A stretch of DNA of 63,583 nucleotides, counting the filler, from Octopus bimaculoides (Eukaryota): NCBI RefSeq assembly GCF_001194135.2. It is 6 parts of 5 records of this genome, joined end to end, with 100 filler letters (N's around TTAATTAATTAA, not from the genome) between each part and the next. Parts side by side here need not be neighbours in the genome. Positions count along the whole stretch, not along the records: positions 1 to 19,957 come from NC_068986.1; 5 more parts are not named here. One strand, given 5' to 3'. Shown in pieces: positions 1 through 11,377 of the stretch. Below the pieces are notes generated by a model that was not told the DNA's origin, ran no database searches, and saw nothing but the letters and a program-made list of their open reading frames with translations. The first letter of the stretch is position 1. Each line of letters begins with the position of its first letter. The translations under genes and the position numbers were made by a program.

Positions 1-30
<30 letters not shown>

Positions 31-33
<3 letters not shown>

Positions 34-1090
34 CCTTGGCCATAATGGAGCAGATATGAAAAATCACAGAGTATGATTGAAACTCATTTACTTAATAATT
101 GAAAATTATATAATAACCATTCTAGAGTCTATCCCATCAATTATTAATATTTGGCATGCCCTCCTTTTGCTTTTATGACTGCTTTTATGCATTTTTGCAT
201 AGTTGAGACTAAATTGGCGCAAGTTGCTGGGTCAATTTTTCGTCATTCTTCATGAATTTTGGCTTCTAATTCACTTTTACAAGAACATTTCTACACGCTC
301 ACTCTTGTACCTAAGTAACACCACAAATGTTCAATGGGATTGAGGTCTGGAGACTGAGGGGGTCATTTCATCACCCTCATCCCTTTCTCCTCTAACCAAC
401 CCATTGAGACTCTGGATGTGTGGCATGGAGCATTGTCTTGTTGAAAGACTACGCCGTCTGGGATAGTATCATTGAAAATTTTAGCTAAGGAAGGTTGATA
501 AACTTGATCTAACTTGCTGGTGCAAGTGTCGGAATTCATTCTGCCCTCACAAGTGAACAACATTCATGGGTCTGAAGACGACATACAGCCCAAAACCATT
601 TCACTTCCTCCTCCAAATTTGACTCTTGGGACCACACGTTCAGGATGATAAGCTTCCCCAACTCTAAGGCGAACAAAAACAGCTCCAGGGGTTCCGAAGA
701 TCTGAGGAGAAAAAAAAGCTTCTGATTATTTTTGTTATCCAATAAAAAATTCGTACAAGTGTAAGAATTTCAATAATGCCAAGTAATGTGGGGGAAATGA
801 ATATGGAGAATCTACGTCAAAGTTATTTTCATCAGACCAAACAACTTTAGCCTAATCATCATCAGTCCAATCTTCATGCTCTTTTACCCAAAACAATCGC
901 TTCTTCATGTTCACCTCAGGCAGCAACGGCTTCTTTCTGGCCTTACATCCTTTGAGCCCAGCTTCTAATAACCTTCTCATTGTGCGAGTTGATATATCCT
1001 TGTTTGTTGCCACCTGAAACTCAGCAGTTACGTCAAAAGAGGTGTTTTTTCTTATCCTCCAGAGATGTCCTCTTCAGCAACCTATCTTCC
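31..1090 (-). mobile_element. Tc1-family DNA transposon remnant (DD34E transposase pseudogene, 3' end at a (TA)n tract, 5' truncated)
   Basis: Minus-strand translation gives EDRLLKRTSLED...KARKKPLL...KVVWSDE, then QQDNAPCHTS...(W>stop)PPQSPDLNPIE (D-34-E spacing) and C-terminal AVIKAKGGHAKY* ending at 144. Several stops and frameshifts. Terminus CAGCCTTGG.. follows TA at 29-30. Confidence 0.92.
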
Positions 1091-1139
1091 GTCGTGGTTG
1101 TGCGTGCGAGTGTGCGTGTGTGTAAATGTATGTGTTTCT

Positions 1140-1310
1140 GTTGAAAATCAGTGATTGTTCGTTTACGTCCCCATAGCCTAGCGATTCGACAAAGGAAAAC
1201 GATAGAATAAAACCAGATTTTTACAAAAGTAGTGGTGGCAATTTGTTCGACTATGCTTACACGGCAGTACCCCAGCATTGCTGCAGTCCAATATCAAGAT
1301 GAAATAAAAG
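1140..1310 (+). repeat. SINE family A 3' fragment
   Basis: Matches the gtttacgtcccc-tagcgattcg-gatagaata-ttcgact-ccagcat-cagtc segment of the fuller copies at 19653 and 41702. Confidence 0.7.
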
Positions 1311-1715
1311 AGTATATATACATCGTACAATGCACCCTTTCTTCTTTCTTAAAGATTATAGATTTCGTGGTTATTTCTTGTAGCTACAGCAACCCAATAG
1401 TGCAGTTATGGGCAATTTTTTTCGGGAATTCTCAGGCGAATTGCCATACTAAAAAAATTCATGGTAATTTTTTGCTGGGCATGCCATTCAGGACGTTTCC
1501 GCAGACCACTGTTTACCCATGTAGATGCTCCTGTTTTGAGCGTTGCTGTGCCGAGTGGGATGAGAGAATTTAACGTCTTAGCCTTTGTCCTTTCTTTTCT
1601 TCATGAGAAAGTGAGAGAGAAACAGAAAGAGCGTGTGTGTGTGTGTGTGTGTGTGCGTGCGTGCGTGAGAGAGAGAGAGAGAGAGAGAATATGTGTGTGT
1701 GTGTGTCTACATTAC

Positions 1716-1803
1716 CTGCAATGATCTTGATAGATTTTTGCTCAAACACTGAGTGAGGGTTGGTTGGTGGGTGAGGAAAATTTCGAATGGTAACGTTGAT
1801 CTT
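1716..1803 (-). CDS. Candidate internal exon of an unidentified minus-strand gene (88 nt)
   Basis: Acceptor ccgtttcatctacag and donor GCAG|gtaatg. Phase-0 reading KINVTIRNFPHPPTNPHSVFEQKSIKIIA is open. No recognisable homology. Confidence 0.2.
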
Positions 1804-2594
1804 CTGTAGATGAAACGGATTTACTCCAAATAAATTAAACAATATGAACAAAAGAACAGATGATGAACAACGCACATTATCCTAACTAAAACATATTTTT
1901 CTCGAATTTAGATCCGCAAATGTTTTCGTAGCAGTTTCTTTATCGATCTTTATTAAAATATCATTTCCTATTGACAAAATTCTCTTTGAATTTAATCTTG
2001 TGATATGGACGACCGTAAATATGTTTTTATAAGTTTTAATTTATTGAGGTCTTCTTCCCCACTCTCTCTCGTGACCACACTTACACAAGATATAAACATT
2101 ATCCTTAATGTAACTCGCAATTATTACTGTTAGTGGATCTAACAGTTTCTGTCGAAAGCTTTACATCTCCACAAAATAATTCTTTAGCAATTCCCAGTTA
2201 AGAGATAAAATCCGTTAATATCAATGATTTCTTGGTAACTTAACTCTTTGCCTGTCCTGTAAATCACATGTGATACAGGACATATTTTCCTGGCATCCAT
2301 GCATCGCATAATATACACATTCTCACTTTTTTTTCAACTTAGAGAATAACTTGGGACTCATGAAAGGAAAGTTTTGTATTACTCAGGACGTATGAAATAA
2401 AGGGATGATTAGCAGTTTGAAGAGAAGCATTGACGTTCAGGACAAACTTATGAAAAAGTTTAGGACAGGTAAAGGGTTGAGTTATCGTCTTCCAAATCCA
2501 AAATCTGCTTATTTTTATCTGACAAATCTTTTATGTTATTTTAAAATCTCTGTATCTCCTTGAAACTTTATAACTGTTTAAATATCATTTTTAC

Positions 2595-2812
2595 ATTTTG
2601 GAACAAGGCCAGCAATTTTGGGGTAGGGGGCAAGTCAATTACATCGACCCCACTGCTTAACTGGTACTTATTTTATCAACCCCGAAAGGATGAAAGGCAA
2701 AATCAACCACAACGGAATTTGAACTCAGAACGTAAAGACGGACAAAATGCCGCTAAGTATTTCACCCAGCGTGCTAAGAATTCTACCAGCTTTCCGCCTT
2801 TAACCATTCAAA
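2595..2812 (-). repeat. SINE family B copy (tRNA-derived head)
   Basis: Reverse complement of the ggcggcgagctggcagaatc...ttctgagttcaaattcc...gcctttcatcctttcggggtcgataaa...gtaccagtt pattern. Confidence 0.85.
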
Positions 2813-3104
2813 TATCAATAGTAACTAAACTAAGTGAAATTCCGTTATTACGAATACCAATATAGTGAATTTTTGAGACCATAATCTTATTGGAATCGTT
2901 AAAGCATCTCGTTATCACGTATATCGTTACAAAGAAACAAATTGGAACATATGGGAGCCAGCATTGTTTAACTACAACGGAAAATAAACTAAACAATATT
3001 TTTGAGACAACAGTCAAGCGTAATACATAGACAAAATACCAATTGGGACACTGCATGGGTTTGAATTCCGAACGCCTTATCAATAAATGATTGTTTCAAA
3101 TTTT

Positions 3105-3315
3105 AGCACAAGGCTAGCAAGTTTAAGCGGGAGGGGACAAGTCGATTACATCGATCCCAGTACTTGACTAGAATTTATTTTATCAACTCTGAAAGGATGA
3201 AAGGCAAAATGAACCTCGGCGGAATTTCAATTGAGAACATAAAAAGCCGGAAGAAATGTCACTAAGCATTTTTAAAATTTCTTTGATGCATTAATGATTC
3301 TGCCTTATCGATTAA
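3105..3315 (-). repeat. SINE family B copy
   Basis: Same family motifs (gaaaggatgaaaggcaaa, ggcggaattt, gtcgattacatcgatccc). Confidence 0.8.
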
Positions 3316-3644
3316 TAATGAGCCGTTGTATTACTAGGAAGTTATGTCAAACGAGCGCACTAAATACAACGTTGGCTGTTGATATCTTCTATTTCACGGG
3401 CCAAAATTAAGATTTCGTAAAATTCAAGCAAAGCTGCAAATTTCAAAAGTCAGTACAGCAAAGAATTAGAATTTATTAATCAATTTACCAAACATTTATT
3501 AGAAAGAAACCATTCCAACTGTGATCATCAATTTTTTTTCAATTCAGATAGAGACAATACGAATCAAAATTTTAAAAATTTAATACGTATTATTACAATA
3601 TAATATGATTCAAAATAACGGCTAATTTAAGACATAAAGCCAAC

Positions 3645-3830
3645 AATTTTTGAGGAGAACGGTTTTGTTGATGCCATCGTCTCCAGTACTTTATCCCTAA
3701 TACTTTATTTTGTTGACCCTGAAAGGCGAAGTCGGGCTCAGTGCGATCTAAATCCAGAACGTAAAGAACCTGAACAAAAATCGTAAAGCATTTTTCCTAT
3801 GTACTAACTCTTCCGACACTCGCAGGTTTA
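3645..3830 (-). repeat. SINE family B copy, degenerate
   Basis: gaccctgaaaggcgaagtcg...cagaacgtaaag...aagcattt motifs. Confidence 0.65.
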
Positions 3831-4057
3831 ATATGATTCAAAATCTTATAACCTATGAAACATTAACGGTATGTTTGCGCTATATTTTAAAAGTAGGGGG
3901 AACAATACGAGCCTAATAAGTCTACTGTATAATTTGTTCAAATAAGGCCATAAAAGCTAAATATTTCAAAATAATTTCATAAAATAGTGAAAAATAAACA
4001 TTTACTTCTACCGTTTCAAGTGAGTTTAAAGTAGTTTAAACTGCCTTAACTTTTATC

Positions 4058-4257
4058 CTTTATCTCTTACTTGTTTCAGTAGTTGGACTGCAGTCAGACT
4101 GAGGTATTGCCTTGAAGGGTTTGGTCGAGCAAATCCACTCCAGTACTAATTTTTTTTAAGCCAGGTATAGTAATCCTTGGACTATTGCAAGTGTTACGTC
4201 ACCCTCCACCCGCGATAGATGAATATCCGCAAAGTAGAAGCAGTACTGTACTGTATA

Positions 4258-4311
<54 letters not shown>

Positions 4312-4790
4312 AATTTGTATATATCTATTTTATTATAAATGCAAAATAACATCACACACTGGCCTCCTGATTTTCGTTTTCCATACAAGATGTGCGATTC
4401 TTTGTTTACTCATCTACGGTACACTACGTATTTTCTTTTAATACATTTTAATTAATGTGTTATATAGTGCAGTGCTGTACTGTATTTTTTATTTATCAAT
4501 TTATTAATTTTTAGGCGTGAAAATGCTTATTTTACCACAGAAATAATTAAACTCTGAAAAAATATAAATACCTATCGATCACAGAATCCCGCGATATACT
4601 GAGGAGTCCGCGATATAAATTTACATATATTAGCCAGAAAATTCCGTGATGTACTGAATGCACGATAGGTGAACCGCGATATGGCGAGTGATTACTGTAC
4701 TCATTTTATCGGTTACTTTGTCCGGACCGCTAAGTTATGGGGATGTAAACAAACTAAAACCAGTTGTCAAGCGGTGGTGGACACACACAC
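4058..4790 (-). repeat. SINE family A 3' half, interrupted by a Tigger-like MITE
   Basis: cttacttgtttcagt...aagccaggTA | ctcattttatcggt...ccgctaagttatggggatgtaaac rejoins into the family sequence once 4168-4697 is removed. Confidence 0.8.
4168..4697. mobile_element. Tigger/pogo-like (TcMar) non-autonomous MITE
   Basis: Imperfect TIRs TAGTAATCCTTGGACTATTGC and GCGATATGGCGAGTGATTACTG, TA on both sides (4166-4167, 4698-4699), internal ccgcgata subrepeats, no ORF. Confidence 0.75.
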
Positions 4791-4804
4791 ACACACACAC
4801 TTAC

Positions 4805-5187
4805 ACTCGACTCCGTCGGTCACAAATGACCATGGGTGCACCTAAGAGGTTCCCCTCAGGGGTACAAGTCTGGGCAGAAAGTTGCCTCACCGGCGAACGC
4901 ACAACCTAGGGTTGTTTTTATGGAAGACCAGCAGTTGCCCATGCATACCAGCCTCCCTTCTCCGCACAAACAATGTTATCCAAGGGAAAGGCAAAGGCAC
5001 AGTGACGTCACAACTCATTTCTACGTCACAACTCATTTCTACGTCACAACTCATTTCTACAGCTGAGTGAACTGGAGCAACGTGAAATAAAGTGTCTTGC
5101 TCAAGAACACAACATGCGGCCTGTCCGGAAATCGAACTCACAACCTCACAGTCGTAAGTTCGACGCTCTAACCACTGAGCTATGCAT
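4805..5187 (-). repeat. SINE family C copy (tRNA-like head) with an internal 18-bp triplication
   Basis: Reverse complement begins gcatagctcagtggttagagcgtcg...gagttcgatttcc (A/B boxes), then gtgttcttgagcaagacac. cgtcacaactcatttcta occurs three times. Confidence 0.8.
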
Positions 5188-5224
5188 ATGTATATATATC
5201 GTGTACTAAATTCACGCGCGCGCG

Positions 5225-5338
5225 TGCAAGGCCTTGATCAGCTCAAGACATTTGTCCAAATTGCCACGCAGTGGGATTGAACCCAAAGCCATGTGGTTGG
5301 GAGACAAGCTTCTTATCACAGAACTAATCCTGCACCTA
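5225..5338 (-). repeat. SINE family A 5' fragment
   Basis: gacatttgtccaa-tgccacgcagtggga-tgaaccc-ccatgtggttgg-aagcttctta matches the family A head in reverse. Confidence 0.7.
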
Positions 5339-5900
5339 TGTATTTTTCTCCTTTTTTCCTCTTCTTTTTCCAGCAGATATTTTTCGGTCAGGAAACCTTG
5401 CCTTTGATCGCTTCCTTTCTCTCTTTCTATCTGCTGTTTTCGTTTCTGTGACTAATGAGAGAATTAAAGTTCAGAGATATATCATAGATCGATTATAAAA
5501 CACAAATCACGTCCTTTTGTGATTGTGATTAAACTAACAACAAATAAGTTATAGCATCAATATTCCAGACAAAACAGGTGACATTTGAATAGAGTTACGT
5601 TAAATATCATTTCAAGCGCAGATTAAAAAGAACATTTATGATAAACATAGAATGTAACCAGTGACGTAGTTAGAGTGTGTGTCGCCAGGGGTTGCACTTG
5701 AGTTTACTGTCCTCCCCGGGCCAATACAGTCTATATAGGCATATACGGGAGACCCAAAAGTACAGCATCCATAAAAGCGTTACCCAAGACGAACCACCCT
5801 TGATTATACCTGGGTTTCGATTGCCAACTACGACTTTCCAACTGTAATTATTTTTTTATGTATATGAGTTTTGTGCGACGCACCGGTCTATTTTTTATTA

Positions 5901-5940
<40 letters not shown>

Positions 5941-6282
5941 ACATACGTACGTATGTATGTATGTATGTATGTATGTATGTATGTATGTATGTATGTATGT
6001 ATGTGCTACTGATAAAACCTATTATTATCGGGCAGGCAAGGCAGTTTTCCTTTGCCTGTGGCGAAAGAGGTTGTTTGGTGGACGAGGCTGAAAGGCATGA
6101 GAACAGATACATTCCTCTTTAGTAGAGCTCTGATTGACTTCTTCAAGTTTCATTTGAAAACGAAATTGACCTCAACAAATTAGAAGTTCATGTTGGTGTT
6201 ATGCCTAGGGTGTCATATATTTGGTTTTATACATAGTATTGTTCTAGAGAATGTTTAAGAAAATATAAGAAAATTATGAGAG

Positions 6283-6414
6283 GAATTACTTCATGGAAAG
6301 TTCCGAGGAGAGGGAGGAAATACTTCCTGGGAAGTTCCAAGGGAGGGGTGGAGGATTAGGAATTACTTCCTGGAAAGCTCCGAGGGGAGGAGGGGATTAA
6401 TTACTTCCTGGAAA
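6283..6414. repeat. Four-unit degenerate minisatellite, each unit carrying TTC(C/A)TGG(G)AA
   Basis: Units aattacttc(c/a)tggaaag-ttccgagg-G-rich with cores at 6290, 6324, 6367 and 6405. Confidence 0.85.
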
Positions 6415-6478
6415 CTTCACTCATTCACTCTATCTCTCTTTCTCACCCTCTTTCTCTCTCACATACACGCACACACGC

Positions 6479-6510
<32 letters not shown>

Positions 6511-7012
6511 GTCCATTTCATATATCTTTCAATTTCTGCTCTCTGCAAATAAAATTTTTACGGATACTACTGCTAACAAAAATAGGGATTAATGTATAAT
6601 TTCTTTCTATGTTCATAATTAAATCAATGTTTTAATGATTAAACAGAGGTCCAGACTACGTACAAATACGTCAATCATCACGACACACAACTTCACTCAC
6701 TCACTCTATCTCACTTTCTCACTCTCTTTCTCTCTTACATACACACGCGCAAGAATGCACGCGCGCGCGCACACACACACACACAAACACACACACACAT
6801 ACACACACACACAGACACGTCCATTTCATATATCTTCTTTTAATTTCTGCTCTCAACAAATAAAATTTTTGCGGATACAACTGCTTGCAAAAATAGGGGC
6901 TAATGTATAATTTCTATCTATGTTCATAGTTAAATCAACGTTTTAATGATTAGACAGAGGTCCAATACAATAGCTCTCAGAAACAGACTACGTACAAATT
7001 CGTTCTTCACAA
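6415..7012. repeat. Diverged tandem duplication (about 276-bp and 320-bp units)
   Basis: Units start cttcactca at 6415 and 6691 and share CT/CA tracts, acgtccatttcatatatct, aataaaattttt, gaggtcca and gactacgtacaaat, with many substitutions. Confidence 0.85.
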
Positions 7013-7246
7013 CTCCTGAAGCTGTTTTCTGACAAGTGGGGTGGGGGGATTCAGGAAATTTTCACACAGCTGGAGGCTCCAATCGAAACAGGAGACTCGA
7101 AATAATAAGGTTGAGAAACACTGTTATAGATTATACCTAACCGAAAACGATCACAGCCACATCATCCAAATAGACCGGGTGAAACCGGGCTTAACTGCTA
7201 GTAATATATAAATATATGCATATGTACATACATATATGTACATACC

Positions 7247-7456
7247 AACATATATATGTATATATGCATGCATATATGGGTACAGGACATAAAAAAACAT
7301 AGACACAATGAGAAACATAAAAAACAAAAACATAGAAAACGAACGTTGTCCGAAAAAAGTTCGTTTTCTATGTTTTTGTTTTTTATGTTTCTCATTGTGT
7401 CTATGTTTTTTTATGTCCTGTACCCATATATGCATGCATATATACATATATATGTT
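7247..7456. repeat. Perfect 98-bp inverted repeat with a 14-nt spacer, running into a gap
   Basis: 7247-7344 is the exact reverse complement of 7359-7456. Spacer gttgtccgaaaaaa. Confidence 0.95.
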
Positions 7457-8214
7457 NNNNNNNNNNNNNNNNNNNNNNNNNNNNNNNNNNNNNNNNNNNN
7501 NNNNNNNNNNNNNNNNNNNNNNNNNNNNNNNNNNNNNNNNNNNNNNNNNNNNNNNNNNNNNNNNNNNNNNNNNNNNNNNNNNNNNNNNNNNNNNNNNNNN
7601 NNNNNNNNNNNNNNNNNNNNNNNNNNNNNNNNNNNNNNNNNNNNNNNNNNNNNNNNNNNNNNNNNNNNNNNNNNNNNNNNNNNNNNNNNNNNNNNNNNNN
7701 NNNNNNNNNNNNNNNNNNNNNNNNNNNNNNNNNNNNNNNNNNNNNNNNNNNNNNNNNNNNNNNNNNNNNNNNNNNNNNNNNNNNNNNNNNNNNNNNNNNN
7801 NNNNNNNNNNNNNNNNNNNNNNNCCTCCACCACCACCACCACCACCATTACTTGACAACCGATGTTGGTGCGTGCGTTTGCGTCCCTTTAATTTAGCTGT
7901 TCAGCAGAAGAGTCTGCTGGAATATGCACAAGGCTTACAGGGAATAAGTCCAGGGATCAATTTCTTCGACTAATAGGTGGTGCTCCAGCATGACCGCCGT
8001 CAAATGACTGAAACAAGTAAAAGAATAGAAGAATACCAGAAAAACGTTCCATACCACTAAACCAAGAAGGTTCTTTGAATATGTACGATGTATTTTAAGG
8101 TTAAATAGTAATTCCGATTACGTTTGTGTAACTGAGATAATTTGGTTGGATTATATAGTCATTGGTGTTATATTACTTTCTATATTCTGTAACTGTCACA
8201 ATATACTTTTGTAG

Positions 8215-9225
8215 GCCTGAAATTTTTGTGGGGAGGGGGCCAGTTGATTAGATCGACTCCAGTACACAACTGGTACTTAATTTATCAACCCCAAAAGGAC
8301 GAAAGGTAAAAATCGACTTCGGAAAAATTTGAACATAGAACATACAGACGGTCATAATGGGCAAACATTTCTCATGGCACCAGTACACTGTTTATAGATG
8401 CTTACATTTTTTAATGTTTTCCGTGAATTTTTGACGGATCCAGCTAGTTATTATAAAATGTCGGCGAGGTGACCGAATCGTTAGCACGCTGGACGAAATG
8501 CTTAGCGGTGTTTCGCCTGTCGTAACGTTCTGAGTTCAAATTCCACCGAAGTCGACTTTGCCCTTCATCCTTTCGGGGATCGATAAAATAAGTACCAATG
8601 AAACATTGGTGTCGATATAATCGACTAGTCCCCTCCCTCAAAATCTGAGGCCTTGTGCCTTCAGAAGAAAGGATCATTATTTTTATTAAGGTAGCGAGTT
8701 AGCCGAATCGTTAGCACGTTGGACGAAATGCTTAGTGGTATTTCGCCCGTCGTTCCGTTCTGAGTTCAAATTCCGCCGAGATCGACTTTGCTTTCATCCT
8801 TTCGTGGGTGATAAAATAAATACCAGTTAAGTATTAGGGTCAACGTAATCAACTCATCCTCTCCCCCAAAATTTCTAACCTTGTGGAAAAATTTGAAACC
8901 ATTATTATAATTATTATTAAGGCGCTGAGCTGGGTCGATAAACTACGTACTAATTACGCACTGGGGTCGATGTAATCGATTAGTCCCCTCCCACAAAATT
9001 TCTGGCCTTGTGCCTTCAGTAGAAAGGGTTATTATTACTATTGGTCTACTGAAGGTGGCAAGCTTCCAGAATCGTTAGCACGCCGGGCAAAATGCTTATC
9101 AGCATTTCGTTCATCTTATATTTTGAGTTCAAATTCCACCGACGTCGACTTTGTCTTTTATCTTTTCGAGGTCGATAAAATACGTACCAGCTGAGCAGTG
9201 GGGTCGATATAATCGACTAGCACCC
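8215..9225 (+). repeat. Cluster of SINE family B copies: one minus copy (8215-8365) and four head-to-tail plus copies (8461-8672, 8690-8900, 8921-9028, 9054-9225)
   Basis: Repeated ggcgag...gaatcgttagcacg...gaaatgcttag...ttctgagttcaaattcc...gtcgacttt units separated by short (ATT)n tracts. Confidence 0.9.
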
Positions 9226-9250
9226 TATTATCATTATAGTTGTTGTTGTT

Positions 9251-9790
9251 CAACATTTGATAGTTTTAGGCAAATTTCTACTGCATTACCTACTGCACAG
9301 TGTTGCTGGGGTGTATGTCACATGTGTTCTTTTTGTTGGGAGCATGCAAACTCTTCCGGTATTGTATTGCGTCAGTTTCTTTTCTTTCTTTTTTTTTTTT
9401 GAGGTGTGGTGCTGTCTTTTGTTGTATTAGATATTGTATTGTGTGTTGTGTGTTTTGTGTGTAATGTGTTGGGTATGCGGCCTGCTGGTAGTAGTTTATG
9501 TCATTGATTTAGAGTGTGTCTTGAATTGATAGTGTCTTGTGTAGGTTATGGGCTGTTCCTAACGCAGCTATTTTTTGGGATAGTGTGTAGTGCTGAGGAT
9601 CCAGGAGTAAGTTTTAAGTTTTTGTTTATATACTTTTTTTATCATGCCCTTTGTATTGTTTTCACCTTCATGCCCCACATCTTGAATACTTCAATTTCGA
9701 GATCTTTGTAATTTGACAATTTCTCCACTTCTTTTGGGTTAATATTTTGATCAGAAGGGACGAACTGCAATGTCTATCAGTAAGCAGGTG
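9251..9790 (-). mobile_element. R4/Dong-type RLE non-LTR retrotransposon, 3' fragment (subfamily A)
   Basis: Minus strand with frameshifts reads CLLIDIAV..DQNINPKEVEKLSNYKDLEIEVFKMWGMKVKT...AALGTAHNLHKTLSIQ, then a 3'UTR ending at (AAC)n. Confidence 0.85.
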
Positions 9791-9994
9791 GGTTTTTTTT
9801 TCTTCCAATTATTAGTATTATTATCAACGATTTTTGTCTCGTACTTAGTGATCAGTTTCTTGATTTCCTCATTGAGACTCGGATTTCCTCAGTGAGACTC
9901 GGAGTAGCAACTCGTGAAGTTTTAGCTTTAGATAAATTATATTATACACATATATAAACAATAAGGAAAACTACTACTCTTGGAAGAAAATACA

Positions 9995-11327
9995 ACGAGT
10001 TACAGGCACACCATTGTCATTCCCGTCTCTGGGAAGAAAGACAGATGAGAATGAAGAAAGCGTACCTCCAGTGACATATTGCATCCGAGATTTTGGTAGC
10101 ACTTGATTAGGCTCTTCACTATACTCTCTCGTTGGGCCACTTGGTGCTTTCCCAGAAGTCCTTTGCATACATCTTTGAATGCATGCCAGGCCGCAAGGTC
10201 AGTTTCATCTATTGTCACCGCGAAGTCCTCATCAACTATAAGTTGACGAATCTGAGGGCCTACCAATATGCCCTCTTTAATCTTGGCATCATTTATTTTA
10301 GGGAAGATCGCTTTGTGGTACTGGAAATATGGCTCGTTATGTTGCAGTGTTTTGACAAATTGCTTCATTAAACCTAGTTTTATATGCAGTGGTGACAAAA
10401 TGATTCTCTCTTTCTTAACTAGTGGCTCATGACTTACATTATGGCATCCAAGTGCCATAGTTACCCTGGGTGACCCTTCCGAGCGTGCATTATGTTCTGA
10501 TCTGGCCCTACTGTCTCACTTGCAAAGGAAGCACATAAACTCGGTGTATCCAGTTTGTAGCCCATTAAGTAGGGCAACTACTTTCAAGTCTGCACAAATT
10601 AGCCATTCATGCTCCTTGTAACTTATGCGGTCTAGAATGAAAGCAAGGTCCTCATATGTCTCTTAAAATGATTGAATGAGCAATTGGAACTGAAGGTATG
10701 ATGTTCTAAATGTGCAGCAGAACCGCTTATATGCTTTAAAGGGATGCAATTATGAATAACCTCCACCTATTTGGTTCATAGGTCAGCTCAAGAGCATTGA
10801 ATAGGTCTCTGATTTCATTACAATAAATCAAGTTGTTTTCCAAAGTGAAGAATTGCTGTAGATCTGCAGAACGCTTCCTAAATATTGTAATTTGAGTATC
10901 TTTATCCAATAGGTTCCATTGTTGCAGACGTAAGGCCAGGACTTCACTCTGTTGTTTAGTAAGTGTTGGCTCACAAACTAGATCATTGAGTTCAGGCTGG
11001 GTGATGAGGTGTGGTTTCTTATCAGATTTACCACGGATTTGGACTCATATAACTATAAAAATATTGAGTGTACTTTTATAATTTTCATAGGTTAGATTGA
11101 TAAATACCTTAGGAACATTTCATTAAAATTATATCTAAATCCGTTCATAACTTTTAGAGCTGTCAATTTCGACCCAACCCTGTTTGCACTCAATTCCTAT
11201 GGAACCATCAGNNNNNNNNNNAACTGGAGGGTCAGAGAAAGAAACGGATGTTATATTCGTGATCTACACACAAAATACCCTTAGAAAAGGTTATTCTCAT
11301 TTCCGCTTTTTCCGTTGTTATACAGTG
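9995..11327 (-). mobile_element. Chapaev-type (CMC superfamily) DNA transposon remnant
   Basis: Minus strand reads PHLITQPELNDLV...SEVLALRLQQWNLL and LSPLHIKLGLMKQFVK...KIKEGILVGPQIRQL...NMSLEVRFLHSHLSFFPE. Terminus CACTGTATAACA at 11327 flanked by TTA. Family assignment is from recognition of these motifs. Confidence 0.8.
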
Positions 11328-11345
11328 TTATTGTACATACGGGTG

Positions 11346-11377
<32 letters not shown>

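Noticed and set aside
1232-1573. 113-aa ORF with a Cys-rich end (YPCRCSCFERCCAEW)
   Set aside because: It begins inside a SINE fragment and has no domain pattern or coherent exon structure.
2165-2256. Minus-strand GKELSYQEIIDINGFY resembling an astacin C-terminal motif
   Set aside because: All frames hit stops before the donor and there is no HExxH exon nearby.
5377-5500. Plus-strand acceptor followed by NLAFDRFLSL, resembling a GPCR DRY motif
   Set aside because: Low-complexity pyrimidine-rich sequence with no donor and no other TM exons.
8461-9225. Regularly repeated units that might suggest a CRISPR-like array
   Set aside because: The units are about 200-bp diverged SINE copies without unique fixed-length spacers, in a eukaryotic context with no cas genes.
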